DNA from: an uncultured Sphingomonas sp.
GTDB taxonomy: Bacteria; Pseudomonadota; Alphaproteobacteria; Sphingomonadales; Sphingomonadaceae
NCBI GenBank assembly: GCA_913774925.1
Contig: CAJYKB010000049.1
Span: 7,496-71,495 of the forward strand
DNA length: 64,000 nt
Direction: 5' to 3'
In this document: piece by piece, positions 51,740 to 61,360 of the stretch
Numbering within the stretch: position 1 is the first letter of the stretch
Layout: each line of letters begins with the position of its first letter
Program-made: the position numbers and the translations under genes
Notes under the pieces: generated by a model
What the model was told of the DNA's origin: nothing
Databases searched by the model: none
What the model saw: only the letters and a program-made list of their open reading frames with translations

Positions 51740-52192
51740 ATGCGCATCTACCTGACCGTGATCGACGACACTCCCGAGGCGCTGAGCGCGCTGCGGTTCG
51801 CGGCGCGGCGCGCGGTGAAGACGGGGGGCGGGGTGGAAATCCTGGCACTGCTGCCGCCGCAGGAATTCATCCCCTTCGGCGGGGTGCAGGCGACGATCGA
51901 GCAGGAACAGCGCCAGCATGCCGAGGGGCTGGTGGCGCGCGCGGCGGGCACGATCCTGGAGGAATCGGGGGTGCGTCCGTCGCTGACCGTGCGCGAAGGC
52001 GAAGGGCCGAAGGTGATCCGCGAGATGATCGCGGCCAATCCCAGCATCGCCGCCCTGGTGCTGGGCGCGGCGGCGAGCGGGGCGCCGGGCGTCCTGGTGA
52101 GCCACTTCGCGGCGGAGGCGGGGTCGCTGCCGGTGCCGCTGATGATCGGGCCCGGCGGGCTGGACGCCGAGGCGATCGACCGGCTGAGTTGA
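51740..52192 (+). CDS. Universal stress protein family
   Basis: [37 protein letters not shown]. Confidence 0.85.
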   Translation: MRIYLTVIDDTPEALSALRFAARRAVKTGGGVEILALLPPQEFIPFGGVQATIEQEQRQHAEGLVARAAGTILEESGVRPSLTVREGEGPKVIREMIAANPSIAALVLGAAASGAPGVLVSHFAAEAGSLPVPLMIGPGGLDAEAIDRLS

Positions 52193-52200
52193 GCCCTGGC

Positions 52201-52227
52201 CGTCATCCCCGCCTGCGCGGGGATGAC
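52201..52227. repeat. Single CGTC-tagged REP
   Basis: CGTCATCCCCGCCTGCGCGGGGATGAC hairpin just after the usp stop. Confidence 0.75.
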
Positions 52228-52276
52228 CGGATGGCAAATAGTTGAGCGCCCGCCGTTTCTCCGCCATCACCGGGCG

Positions 52277-53569
52277 ATGATGCTCCGCACCTTGCTCGCC
52301 GCCTCCGCGCTCCTCGCCACGCCCGCCTTCGCACGCGACACGCCGTCGCAGCCGCGGCTGCGCGCCAATGTTGAGAAGCTGGTGTCGTTCGGCACCCGCC
52401 ATTCGCTCTCCTCCGCGACCGATCCGAAGCGGGGGATCGGCGCCGCGCGCGACTGGGTGGCGGGCGAGTTCGCGCGGCTGTCGCGGACGTGCGGCGGGTG
52501 CATCGTGGTCGAGCGGCCGCAGCGGCGCTTCGTCAACGCGCGCGCGCCGCAGGGCGTGGTGATCGAGGACGTGCTGGGCGTGCAGAAGGGGACCGACCCC
52601 AACCGCTACATCATCGTCGGTGCGCATATCGACAGCCGCGTCACCGACGTGATGAACGCGACCGCCGACGCGCCGGGCGCGAACGACGACGCCAGCGGCG
52701 TGTCGCTGGTGCTGGAGGCGGCGCGCATCCTGTCGCGTGAGACGTTCGCCGCGAACATCGTCTATGTCGCCTTTTCCGGCGAGGAGCAGGGACTGCTGGG
52801 CGCGACGCTGCTTGCCGACACCGCGAAGGCGCGCGGGTGGCAGGTCGATGCGATGCTCAACAACGACATCGTCGGCAATTCGGTCGGGCAGGGCGGGGTG
52901 ACGAAGGACGGTTACGTCCGCGTCTTCTCCGAAGGCATTCGTGCGGGCGAATCGCTGGTACAGGCGATGGACCGGCGCGCGATCGGCGGCGAGGACGACG
53001 GCCCGAGTCGCGCGCTGGCGAAGGCGGTGGACAAGGTGGCGACGACGCTGCCGGGCGGGTTCGACGTGTTCGTCGACCGCCGCCCCGACCGCTTCGGGCG
53101 CGGCGGCGATCACGAGCCGTTCCTGGCGCTGGGCTTCCCCGCGGTCCGTTTCACCGTCGCGGCGGAGAATTGGGACCGCCAGCATCAGGATCTGCGTACC
53201 GAGGACGGGCGCGTCTATGGCGATACGATCGAGGGGATGGACTTCGCCTATCTGGCGAAGGTGACCGCGATCAACGTCGCGACGATCGCGCGGCTGGCGG
53301 CGGCGCCGGCCGCGCCGGCGAGCGCGGCGATCTCGGGCGCGCTGTCCTATGATACCAAGGTGACGTGGCCCGCGGTGCCGGGTGCTACGGGCTACCGCGT
53401 CTATTGGCGGCGCGCGGATGCGCAGGACTGGCAGCAGTCGCGCGACACGACCGCGACCATGCTGGACGTGCCGGCGGTCGCGGTCGACGACCACGTCTTC
53501 GGCGTCGCCGCGCTGGGGAGCGATGGCGCGGAGAGCCTCGTCACCTTCGCGGGCAAGGAGAAGAAGTAG
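52277..53569 (+). CDS. Secreted M28 metallopeptidase with C-terminal FN3-like domain
   Basis: [34 protein letters not shown]. Confidence 0.9.
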   Translation: MMLRTLLAASALLATPAFARDTPSQPRLRANVEKLVSFGTRHSLSSATDPKRGIGAARDWVAGEFARLSRTCGGCIVVERPQRRFVNARAPQGVVIEDVLGVQKGTDPNRYIIVGAHIDSRVTDVMNATADAPGANDDASGVSLVLEAARILSRETFAANIVYVAFSGEEQGLLGATLLADTAKARGWQVDAMLNNDIVGNSVGQGGVTKDGYVRVFSEGIRAGESLVQAMDRRAIGGEDDGPSRALAKAVDKVATTLPGGFDVFVDRRPDRFGRGGDHEPFLALGFPAVRFTVAAENWDRQHQDLRTEDGRVYGDTIEGMDFAYLAKVTAINVATIARLAAAPAAPASAAISGALSYDTKVTWPAVPGATGYRVYWRRADAQDWQQSRDTTATMLDVPAVAVDDHVFGVAALGSDGAESLVTFAGKEKK

Positions 53570-53612
53570 CGCCGCGCGGCGTAGCGCCACCTCGGTTCCA
53601 TGCCCCCGCAAC

Positions 53613-53636
53613 GCTCCGGCCTTCGCCGGAGCACCG
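53613..53636. repeat. Solo family-A-related arm
   Basis: The reverse complement CGGTGCTCCGGCGAAGGCCGGAGC is a family A arm with paired compensatory changes. Confidence 0.6.
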
Positions 53637-53639
53637 TCA

Positions 53640-54791
53640 TCAGCAGCGGCACCCGCCCTTCGTGAATCGGCGCCCGCGGTAGCCGCCCTTATAGGCGACC
53701 GCTTCTTCCTCGATCACTTCTGTGCCCGCGCTGCTGCCCGACTGGACGGTGACGGTGGTGACCGTGGTGCCGGGATAATACCAGCCGCCCGCGACATAGC
53801 CGGCGCTGCCCTGCGTGGTGGAGGTCGTCACCACGGTGCCGTCCGCGCCATAGATGGTGGAGGGGGCGCCGTAGCCGTACGGCCGGGCGATCGGGGCGGG
53901 GGCGACCTGCGGCGCTGGGCCGTAATAGGTCGTGCCCGAATAGGTGGTGCCCGCATAATCGCCGCCGTAGCTGCCCTGCTGATAGGCGACCACCGGCGCA
54001 CCACCGGCGCGATACGGCGGCGGCGGGGCGTAACCGGCGCCATAGGCCGGCGGCGGCGCATAGCCCGCGCTATAGGCCGGCGGGGGCGCGTAGCCCGCAC
54101 CGTAAGCGGGCGGGGGCGCTACGGGCACGCGGCCGGCGCGGTCCGACCGGTCGATCGCCATCCCCGCGAGCGCACCCGCGCCTGCGCCCAGCAGCGTGCC
54201 GCCCAGCCGGTTGCCGCGCCCGGCGATCACATTGCCCGCGACACCGCCGACCACAGCGCCGATCGCGGCACCGCCCAGCCCGTTGTCGGCGTCGCGTGTC
54301 TCGTAGGGGAATTGCGGATAGGCCAGCTGCGGCGCGCCATCGGCATAAGCGGCGCCATAGCCGCGGTCGTCATAGGCGTATCCCGCGTCGTCGCGGTCCC
54401 ACGCGACCCCGCCGACGCTGTCATAGACGCTGCCGCGCCCGTCGATCAGCACCGCGTCGTCGTAATAGCGCGACCAGGCATAGCCCTGCGGCGGCTGCGG
54501 CAGGCCGTAGGACGACCAGTCGTTGACGTACCACGTCGGCGCGATCCAGTAGCGCGGCAAGACCCAGCCACGGACCGGCCGGCGATAGGCCGCCCAGCCG
54601 CCCGGTGCGCGCATGCCGCCCCACCAGCGTCCGCCGATCCGCTCGCCCCAGCGCCCGCGCGGGCCGTTCCACGTCGCGCCATTGTTCCAGCGGCCGCCGT
54701 TCCAGCCGTGCGACACGGGCGCCTGCGCCTGTGCGGCGGTGACGGCGAAAGATCCGGCGAGGGCGACGGTGGCGATCAGCAGCGTGCGCAT
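53640..54791 (-). CDS. Secreted RcnB-like domain + glycine-zipper 2TM + Pro/Tyr/Gly repeats protein
   Basis: Signal peptide; [37 protein letters not shown]; [25 protein letters not shown]. Confidence 0.8.
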   Translation of the reverse strand: MRTLLIATVALAGSFAVTAAQAQAPVSHGWNGGRWNNGATWNGPRGRWGERIGGRWWGGMRAPGGWAAYRRPVRGWVLPRYWIAPTWYVNDWSSYGLPQPPQGYAWSRYYDDAVLIDGRGSVYDSVGGVAWDRDDAGYAYDDRGYGAAYADGAPQLAYPQFPYETRDADNGLGGAAIGAVVGGVAGNVIAGRGNRLGGTLLGAGAGALAGMAIDRSDRAGRVPVAPPPAYGAGYAPPPAYSAGYAPPPAYGAGYAPPPPYRAGGAPVVAYQQGSYGGDYAGTTYSGTTYYGPAPQVAPAPIARPYGYGAPSTIYGADGTVVTTSTTQGSAGYVAGGWYYPGTTVTTVTVQSGSSAGTEVIEEEAVAYKGGYRGRRFTKGGCRC

Positions 54792-54829
54792 GGGCACGGA
54801 AACTCCCCTGTTCGTGGTGTGCGGGCGGC

Positions 54830-54855
54830 AACGCACGCTTCCTGACGGGAGTTTC
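54830..54855 (-). promoter_or_regulatory. Putative ECF (EcfG-like) promoter
   Basis: Minus strand GAAAC-N17-CGTT upstream of the RcnB-like gene. Confidence 0.45.
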
Positions 54856-54883
54856 CGTACCATCGTCACGGATACGCAACCAG

Positions 54884-54918
54884 CGTCCCGCCTGTCCCGA
54901 AACGGGAGAGGCGGGACG
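54884..54918. terminator. GC-rich hairpin downstream of GAF gene
   Basis: CGTCCCGCCTGTCCCGAAACGGGAGAGGCGGGACG; no clear U-tract. Confidence 0.35.
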
Positions 54919-54933
54919 GATGCCGGCGGCCGG

Positions 54934-55413
54934 CTACAGGCGGGGGGCGAGCAGCGCCATCAGCGCCTCGCACCCGCGCGCATCCTCTTCGTCGAAGCGC
55001 GCGGGCGAGGGGCTGTCGAGGTCGAGCACGCCGATCAGCCGCTCGCCGTCGAGGATCGGCACGACCAGCTCCGAACGGCTCGCCGCGTCGCAGGCGATAT
55101 GCCCGGGGAAGGCGTGGACGTCCTCCACCAGCTGCGTGCGCCGCTCGGCTGCGGCGGTGCCGCACACGCCCTTGCCCAGCGGAATGCGGATGCATGCCGC
55201 CTTGCCCTGGAACGGGCCGAGAACGAGTTCGCCGGCGACCATGCGGTAGAAGCCGGACCAGTTGAGATCGGGCAGATACTGCGCAATCAGCGCGGCGGCA
55301 TTGGCCATGTTGGCGATCGCATCGGGTTCGCCCGCAGTCAGCGCGTCGAGCGCGGCGTGGAGGTCGCGGTAGAGTTCCTGCTTGGAGCCGGCGGCGATGT
55401 CGAAGGCGTACAT
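54934..55413 (-). CDS. msrC: GAF-domain free methionine-(R)-sulfoxide reductase
   Basis: NWSGFY, LGPFQGKAAC, GKGVCG, FPGHIACD, SELVVP, LDLDSP. Confidence 0.88.
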   Translation of the reverse strand: MYAFDIAAGSKQELYRDLHAALDALTAGEPDAIANMANAAALIAQYLPDLNWSGFYRMVAGELVLGPFQGKAACIRIPLGKGVCGTAAAERRTQLVEDVHAFPGHIACDAASRSELVVPILDGERLIGVLDLDSPSPARFDEEDARGCEALMALLAPRL

Positions 55414-55456
55414 GGGGTGTGAGTTAGGCGGGGAGGGCGGCGGTGCCAATACCGCG

Positions 55457-55547
55457 CCGTGCTCCTGCGCACGCAGGAGCCTAGAGCCGCGCAGAGTAAC
55501 GTCTTATGGGATCGACAACCCCGGGCTCCTGCCTGCGCAGGAGCACG
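55457..55547. repeat. Family A element copy 4
   Basis: CCGTGCTCCTGCGCACGCAGGAGCC...GGGCTCCTGCCTGCGCAGGAGCACG. Confidence 0.88.
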
Positions 55548-55571
55548 AGGGCCGCGTATCGGCGCAGCGGC

Positions 55572-55970
55572 TCAATCCAGCCGCACCTTGCCCCGACCCG
55601 CCTTCACCTGCGCGCGGCCCTTTTTCTCGTCCACCCGCTTCGCCTTCGCCGCGCGCGACGGCTTGGTCTTCACGCGGCGCGCCTCGCGCTTCTCCGCCTC
55701 GGCCAGCATCTCGGCGAGGCGGGCGCGGGCGTCCTGGCGGTTGGCGTCCTGCGTGCGGTAACGGCGCGCGGTCAGCACCAGCGTGCCCGATGCGGTCAGG
55801 CGGCTGCCCGCGATCACCTTCAACCGGCGATAGGTCTCCGGCGACAGCCCCAGCCGGAAGACGTCGACGCGCAGCTGGCAGGCGGTGGCGACCTTGTTGA
55901 CGTTCTGCCCGCCGGGGCCGGTCGCGGCGAGGAAGCGTTCCTCCACCGCATCCTCGGGCACGTCAGCCAT
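55572..55970 (-). CDS. arfB: Alternative ribosome rescue peptidyl-tRNA hydrolase ArfB
   Basis: GPGGQNVNKV, RTQDANR, basic tail KTKPSRAAKAKR. Confidence 0.92.
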   Translation of the reverse strand: MADVPEDAVEERFLAATGPGGQNVNKVATACQLRVDVFRLGLSPETYRRLKVIAGSRLTASGTLVLTARRYRTQDANRQDARARLAEMLAEAEKREARRVKTKPSRAAKAKRVDEKKGRAQVKAGRGKVRLD

Positions 55971-56616
55971 GAACGAACCCGGCCGCCGCGAACCGCTCGG
56001 GCCAGGGCGCCTCCGCGGCGACATCGGCCTTGCCGGGGCGCGGCACGGTCAGCGCGGCGGCGTGGAGCATCATCCCCGCCGGGTGTGCGGTGCCATAGAC
56101 GGCATCGCCCGTCACCGCCGCGCCCAGCCCCTCCAGCGCGTGGACGCGGATCTGGTGCGTGCGGCCCGTCTCCGGGCGGAACTCGACCAGCGCGCGGCCG
56201 TCCTTCTCCGCCAGCAGCGTCCAGGCGGTGCGCGCCGACTTGCCGCGCGAATCGCCGGTCATCCGCCAGCCCTGCTCCACGCTCGAGATCTTGGCCAGCG
56301 GCAGGTCGATCAATCCCGCCGATTCGCGCGGCACCGAATCGAGAATCGCGATGTAGCGTTTCGTCACCAGTCCCTGTTCGAATGCCTGCTGGAAGCGCGC
56401 GTGCGCCTTCGGGTTGCGCGACAGGAGAAGGCAGCCGCTGGTGTCGCGGTCGAGCCGGTGGACCGCCATCGGCCAGCGCTTGAACCCCAGCCGCAGCGAT
56501 TCGAGGTGGTTCTCCAGGCTGATCGCGCCGTCGCGCGGCCTGTCCACCGGCAGGCCCGCAGGCTTGTCGATCACCAACGCCTCGCCGTCGAGGAAGAGCA
56601 CTCGGTCACCCAGCAT
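55963..56616 (-). CDS. RluA-family pseudouridine synthase
   Basis: DKPAGL, HRLDRDTSG, TGRTHQIRVH, LHA. Confidence 0.92.
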   Translation of the reverse strand: MLGDRVLFLDGEALVIDKPAGLPVDRPRDGAISLENHLESLRLGFKRWPMAVHRLDRDTSGCLLLSRNPKAHARFQQAFEQGLVTKRYIAILDSVPRESAGLIDLPLAKISSVEQGWRMTGDSRGKSARTAWTLLAEKDGRALVEFRPETGRTHQIRVHALEGLGAAVTGDAVYGTAHPAGMMLHAAALTVPRPGKADVAAEAPWPERFAAAGFVHG

Positions 56617-56662
56617 GGCGACGGCCCTTGCCATCATGGCGCTCCGCTGGCCAGAGGGCGTC

Positions 56663-57448
56663 ATGCTGCGCCGCCTGCTTGCCGTCCTCATCATGACCCT
56701 CGTCTCGCTCCCCGCGCAGGCACAATTGTGCGCCGACGGGCGGCAGCCGTCGGTGGCCGCGGACGGGCGCGTGCTGGGTCACCTGCCCTATGGCGACGTC
56801 GCGCCCGGCGAGCTGGTGGCGGTGCCGGCGGAATGGAATGCGGGGGGCGCGTGCCTGGTGCGCCGCGACATGCTGCCCGACCTGATGCGTCTGCTGGCCG
56901 CGGCGGCGGGGGATCCGGCGGTCGGCGCGCGGATTCTGACGCTGTCGTGCCACCGCTCGCTCGGCTATCAGCAGTCGGTGTTCTGTCGCGAGGCGCATTC
57001 GGCCGTCGACGACCGCGCGCAATCGGTCGCGCCGCCGGGACACAGCGAGCATGCCACCGGCCTCGCGCTCGATTTCGCGTTCCGCCCGCGCCTCAACGAC
57101 TGCCCGGATGCGGAGGCATGCATCGCCGCGACACCCGCGTTTCGCTGGCTGGCGGCGAATGCGCCCCGGTTCGGGTTCGAAATGTCGTTCCCGGCCGGCA
57201 ACCGGCAGCGGGTGAAGTGGGAGCCATGGCACTGGCGCTGGGTCGGCGCGAGCGGCGATGCGCCGGGGGCAGCGCGCGCGCGGGCGGTATTCGCACGCGC
57301 GCGCGCGGCGTTTCCGGCGAACCCGGCAGTGGCGCCGGACGCGGTGGTGATCCGCGAGGTGGCGCCGCCGCCGGTGTATATGGGCGCCATCCCCGCACCG
57401 GAGTGCCGGAAGGGGAAGTGCAAGGTGGCGAAGGCGAAACGGAAGTAA
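56663..57448 (+). CDS. M15 (VanY-like) D-Ala-D-Ala carboxypeptidase, secreted
   Basis: Signal peptide; APPGHSEHATGLALD; EPWHWRW. Confidence 0.88.
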   Translation: MLRRLLAVLIMTLVSLPAQAQLCADGRQPSVAADGRVLGHLPYGDVAPGELVAVPAEWNAGGACLVRRDMLPDLMRLLAAAAGDPAVGARILTLSCHRSLGYQQSVFCREAHSAVDDRAQSVAPPGHSEHATGLALDFAFRPRLNDCPDAEACIAATPAFRWLAANAPRFGFEMSFPAGNRQRVKWEPWHWRWVGASGDAPGAARARAVFARARAAFPANPAVAPDAVVIREVAPPPVYMGAIPAPECRKGKCKVAKAKRK

Positions 57449-57450
57449 CT

Positions 57451-57546
57451 CGTCACCCCGGGTTCGTCCCGGGGTCCACCGCGCCGCACCCTCGCCGATG
57501 TGACGGCTTGCGGTGAGGTGGATGCCGGAACAGGTCCGGCATGACG
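57451..57546. repeat. CGTC-tagged REP doublet, family B copy 3
   Basis: CGTCACCCCGGGTTCGTCCCGGGGTCCACC...GGTGGATGCCGGAACAGGTCCGGCATGACG between convergent genes. Confidence 0.88.
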
Positions 57547-57556
57547 GCAAAGGCGC

Positions 57557-58159
57557 TTACCCCGCCAGCTTCGCCGCGGTCTGCGCGATGCGCTTGCCCT
57601 GATAGCGTGCGCCGTCGAGGTCGACCTGGCTCGGCTGCCGGCTGCCGTCGCCGTCCGCCAGCGTGCTGGCGCCATAGGGGGTGCCGCCGTGGACTTCCTT
57701 GACCCCCATCTGGCCCTGATAGCCATAGTCGAGCCCGACGATCGTCATCCCGTGGTGGAGCAGGTTGGTGATGATCGAGAACAGGGTCGTCTCCTGCCCG
57801 CCGTGCTGGCTGGCGGTCGAGGTGAACGCGCCGCCCACCTTGCCGACCAGCGCACCCTTCATCCACAATCCGCCGGTCGTATCCCAGAATGCCGCCATCT
57901 GGCTGGGCATGCGGCCATAGCGGGTCGGCGCGCCGACGATGATCGCGTCGTAGTTCGCCAGCGCGTCCGGCCCCTCGATCTCCGGGTGCGCGGTGTCGGT
58001 CTTGAAGCCGGCGGCCTGCACCACCGCGGCGGGCGCGGTTTCGGCGACGCGGCGGATGTCCACCTCCGCACCGCCCGCGCGCGCGCCTTCGGCGACGGCA
58101 TCGGCCATCTTCTCGATATGGCCGTAGGAGGAATAATAGAGGACGAGAACCTTGGTCAT
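57557..58159 (-). CDS. wrbA: NAD(P)H:quinone oxidoreductase WrbA
   Basis: [32 protein letters not shown]. Confidence 0.95.
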   Translation of the reverse strand: MTKVLVLYYSSYGHIEKMADAVAEGARAGGAEVDIRRVAETAPAAVVQAAGFKTDTAHPEIEGPDALANYDAIIVGAPTRYGRMPSQMAAFWDTTGGLWMKGALVGKVGGAFTSTASQHGGQETTLFSIITNLLHHGMTIVGLDYGYQGQMGVKEVHGGTPYGASTLADGDGSRQPSQVDLDGARYQGKRIAQTAAKLAG

Positions 58160-58184
58160 GGGGATGGCTCCTTTGCTGCGGTGA

Positions 58185-58925
58185 TTATTCGGCGTCGACC
58201 AGGACGAGCTCGGCGTCCTCGGTCGCGGTGATGGTCACGGTGCCCGCGGAAATGGCGGCGCCGTCGCGCGCGGCGAACGGCGCGCCGTCGATCAGGATCG
58301 CGCCGGTGGCGGGGACGAGATAGGCGTGTCGCCCGTCGCCGACCGTATGCGTCAGCGTCTCGCCCGCCTTCAGCGTCGCGGCCAGCACGCGCGCCTCGGC
58401 ACGGATCGGCAGCGCGGCGCCCTCGCCGGTCAGGTCGGCGTCATAGCCGCTGGCGAGCGTCACGAACCGGCCCGAGCGATCGCCTTTGGGAAACGGCTTG
58501 GCACCCCAGCTCGGGCTGCCGCCGCGGCGCGTCGGCTCGATCCAGATCTGGAAGAGCGTCGTCGGTTCCGCCTCCAGATTGTATTCCGCGTGGCGCACGC
58601 CGCTGCCGGCGCTCATCACCTGGACGTCGCCCGCCTCGGTACGGCCCATGTTGCCCATCGAATCCTGGTGCGTGATCGCGCCGCTGCGGACGTAGGTGAC
58701 GATCTCCATGTCGCTGTGCGGGTGCGGGGGGAAGCCGCTGTTCGGCGCGATGCGGTCGTCGTTCCACACCCGGATCGCGCCCCAGCTCATCCGGCGCGGG
58801 TCGTGATAGTTGGCGAACGAGAAATGGTGGCGTGCGTCGAGCCAGCCGTGATCGGCATGACCCAGCGTGTCGAAGGCGCGCCGCTCGACGCGCGCGATGG
58901 TGTCGGTGGTGGTCCCAATGCCCAT
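58185..58925 (-). CDS. Pirin family protein (YhhW-like)
   Basis: [36 protein letters not shown]. Confidence 0.93.
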   Translation of the reverse strand: MGIGTTTDTIARVERRAFDTLGHADHGWLDARHHFSFANYHDPRRMSWGAIRVWNDDRIAPNSGFPPHPHSDMEIVTYVRSGAITHQDSMGNMGRTEAGDVQVMSAGSGVRHAEYNLEAEPTTLFQIWIEPTRRGGSPSWGAKPFPKGDRSGRFVTLASGYDADLTGEGAALPIRAEARVLAATLKAGETLTHTVGDGRHAYLVPATGAILIDGAPFAARDGAAISAGTVTITATEDAELVLVDAE

Positions 58926-58982
58926 GGCATCTATCTCCTGATGTCGGTCGGGAGATAGGTCGCGCCGGGGCGGACGAAAACG

Positions 58983-59006
58983 GAAACGATTGAAACGGAT
59001 CGTTTC
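58983..59006. promoter_or_regulatory. Inverted repeat between divergent pirin and LysR genes (likely operator)
   Basis: GAAACGAT-N8-ATCGTTTC. Confidence 0.45.
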
Positions 59007-59024
59007 GGGCGATAGCATCGCGCG

Positions 59025-59912
59025 ATGCGGTTACCCGATCTCGAAGCCTGGGCGATCTTCGCTGCCGTCGCGGAGCATCGCTCGTTCAGCGGCGCGGCGG
59101 ATGCGATCGGGCTGAGCAAGGCGACGGTCTCCAAGGGCGTGTCGCGGCTGGAAGCGCATCTGGGGCTGTCGCTGTTCCATCGCACCTCGCGCCGGCTTGC
59201 CCTGACCGAAGCGGGGCGCCCGCTGGCCGACCATGCCGCGCGGATCGTCGCGGAGGCGCAGGCGGCGGAGGAGGCGGCGCGGCAGGGGGCGAGCGCGCCG
59301 GCGGGCCGCGTCCGGCTGGCGGCGCCGATGGCGTTCGGGATGCGCAGCGTCGCGCCGCTGGTGGCGGAGTTCCTGGTCGCGCATCCGGCGGTGGAGATCG
59401 AGCTGCATCTGTCCGACGCGCGCGTCGATATCGTCGCGGAGGGGTTCGACGTCGCGCTGCGCATCGCCGATCTGCCGGACAGCTCGCTGCGCGCGCGGCG
59501 CCTGTGCGGGATGGCGGCGCATCTGGTCGCCGCGCCTGCCTACCTGGCGCGTCAAGGCACCCCGACGCATCCCGCGCAGCTGGGCGAGCACCAGCTGTTG
59601 AGCTACACCAACATCACCGGCCCGTGGCGTTTCCGCGGGCGTGACGGGACCGAGCTGTCGGTCAAGGCGCAGGGGCCACTGGCGGCAAACAGCGGCGACG
59701 CGCTGGTGCCGGCGCTGGTCGCGGGGCTGGGAATCGCGCGGCTGCCGGCGTTCATCCTGGGCGATACGCTGGCGCAGGGGCAGGTGGTCGAGATACTGCC
59801 CGACTGGGCCCCCGCACCGGTCGGCCTCCACCTGCTGACCCCGCCCAGCGCGCTTCGGCCCGCGCGGGTCGAGCGGCTGATCGACTTCCTGAGCGAGCGG
59901 TTGCGCGACTGA
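59025..59912 (+). CDS. LysR-family transcriptional regulator
   Basis: SFSGAADAIGLSKATVSKGVSRLEAHLG..LFHRTSR; EGFDVALRI. Confidence 0.95.
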   Translation: MRLPDLEAWAIFAAVAEHRSFSGAADAIGLSKATVSKGVSRLEAHLGLSLFHRTSRRLALTEAGRPLADHAARIVAEAQAAEEAARQGASAPAGRVRLAAPMAFGMRSVAPLVAEFLVAHPAVEIELHLSDARVDIVAEGFDVALRIADLPDSSLRARRLCGMAAHLVAAPAYLARQGTPTHPAQLGEHQLLSYTNITGPWRFRGRDGTELSVKAQGPLAANSGDALVPALVAGLGIARLPAFILGDTLAQGQVVEILPDWAPAPVGLHLLTPPSALRPARVERLIDFLSERLRD

Positions 59913-59968
59913 CGGTGCCGCGCCATGGTTTCCCGCAACGAACACAAGGGTTATCGGGGGATCACGGC

Positions 59969-61222
59969 ATGAAGGCAGCAGGTTGGGCGCTCACCGCGCT
60001 GGCGATGGGAAGTGCGCCGGCGGCGGCGGAGACGGTGGTGGTCACCGCAGCGCGGATGCTGGACGTCGACAGCGGGCGGATGGTCGATCGCCCCTCGATC
60101 GTCGTCACCGACGGGAAAATCGTCTCCACCAACGGCGGCAACGCGCCCGCGGATGCGAAGCGCGTCGACCTGGGCGACGTGACGCTGGTCCCCGGGCTGA
60201 TCGACATGCACGTCCACCTGACGAGCCTGGCCGAGATCGGCGGCTATCAGACGCTGAAATATACCGACAGTTTCTGGGGCGTGGTGGGCGTCGCGAATGC
60301 GGCGAAGACGCTGCGCGCAGGCTTCACCACGGTGCGCAACGTCGGCGCGGCCGACTTTCAGGACGTGGGCCTCAAGGAAGCGATCGACGGCGGCTGGGTG
60401 ATCGGCCCGCGGATCGTGCCCGCGGGCTATGCGATCGGCGCGACCGGCGGGCATTGCGACGACAATGCGCTGCCCCCGTCCTATGACAAGACGCTGCCCA
60501 GCGTCGTCAACTCGCCCGAGGAAGCGCGCGCCAAGGTGCGCTGGCTCCACAAATACGGCGCGCAGGTCATCAAGATCTGCGCCACCGGCGGCGTGTTCTC
60601 GCTGGGCGATTCGGTCGGCGGGCAGCAGCTGAGCGTCGAGGAGATGAAGGCGATCGCGGACGAGGCGCACATGCTCCACCTCAAGGTCGCGGCGCACGCG
60701 CACGGCGACGAGGGGATCAAGGCGGCGATCGTGGCGGGGATCGACACGATCGAGCATGTCAGCCTCGCCTCCGACGAAGCGATGAAGCTGGCGATCCAGC
60801 ACAAGACCTGGTTCGACATGGACATCTACAACGACGACTACATCCTGGCGACCGGGACCGCGAACGGGACCGAGCAGGAGAGCCTCGACAAGGAAAAGGC
60901 GATCGGCCTGAAACAGCGCCAGACCTTCCAGCGCGCGGTGCGGATGGGCGTACCGATGACGTTCGGCACCGATGCGGGCGTCTATCCGCACGGCGACAAT
61001 GCGAAGCAGTTCGCGAAGATGGTGCAATGGGGGATGACCCCGCTCCAGGCGATCCGTGCCGCGACCTCGCAGGCGGCACTGGCGCTGGGGCGCGACGACG
61101 TGGGTGCGATCGCGGTCGGCCGCTGGGGCGACATGGTCGCGGTGAAGGGCGATCCGACCGCTGACGTGACGGTGCTGGAGCATCCGGTCGCGGTGGTGAA
61201 GGGCGGCGTGCGGGTGGAGTGA
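59969..61222 (+). CDS. Secreted amidohydrolase (Xaa-Pro dipeptidase-like)
   Basis: PGLIDMHVH, GFTTVR, IKICATGG, AHAHG, IEH, FGTDAG. Confidence 0.9.
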   Translation: MKAAGWALTALAMGSAPAAAETVVVTAARMLDVDSGRMVDRPSIVVTDGKIVSTNGGNAPADAKRVDLGDVTLVPGLIDMHVHLTSLAEIGGYQTLKYTDSFWGVVGVANAAKTLRAGFTTVRNVGAADFQDVGLKEAIDGGWVIGPRIVPAGYAIGATGGHCDDNALPPSYDKTLPSVVNSPEEARAKVRWLHKYGAQVIKICATGGVFSLGDSVGGQQLSVEEMKAIADEAHMLHLKVAAHAHGDEGIKAAIVAGIDTIEHVSLASDEAMKLAIQHKTWFDMDIYNDDYILATGTANGTEQESLDKEKAIGLKQRQTFQRAVRMGVPMTFGTDAGVYPHGDNAKQFAKMVQWGMTPLQAIRAATSQAALALGRDDVGAIAVGRWGDMVAVKGDPTADVTVLEHPVAVVKGGVRVE

Positions 61223-61240
61223 GTTTTCGCCCCCGTCAAT

Positions 61241-61343
61241 CCCGTTCGTGCTGAGGAGGCACTGAGCACCGTCGAAGTGCCGTCTCGAAGCACCCTTCGA
61301 GACGAGGCTTCGACAGGCTCAGCCTCTCCTTAGGGCGAACGGG
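61241..61343. repeat. Palindromic element family C copy 2 (internally duplicated)
   Basis: CCCGTTCGTGCTGAGGAG...CTTCGACAGGCTCAG...GGGCGAACGGG between convergent genes. Confidence 0.8.
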
Positions 61344-61360
61344 AGGGGACAGGGGGGGGC

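Noticed and set aside
50300-53611. Apparent 1103-aa PdhC; similarly extended MgtC (29503-30648), RnhA and pseudo-MCP (16542) ORFs
   Set aside because: The extensions overlap other well-supported genes, and family-typical N-termini lie downstream.
3868-55547. Family A or B elements as CRISPR-like repeat-spacer units
   Set aside because: The copies are dispersed and the arms inverted rather than direct. Family A cores are homologous to each other, and no cas genes are present.
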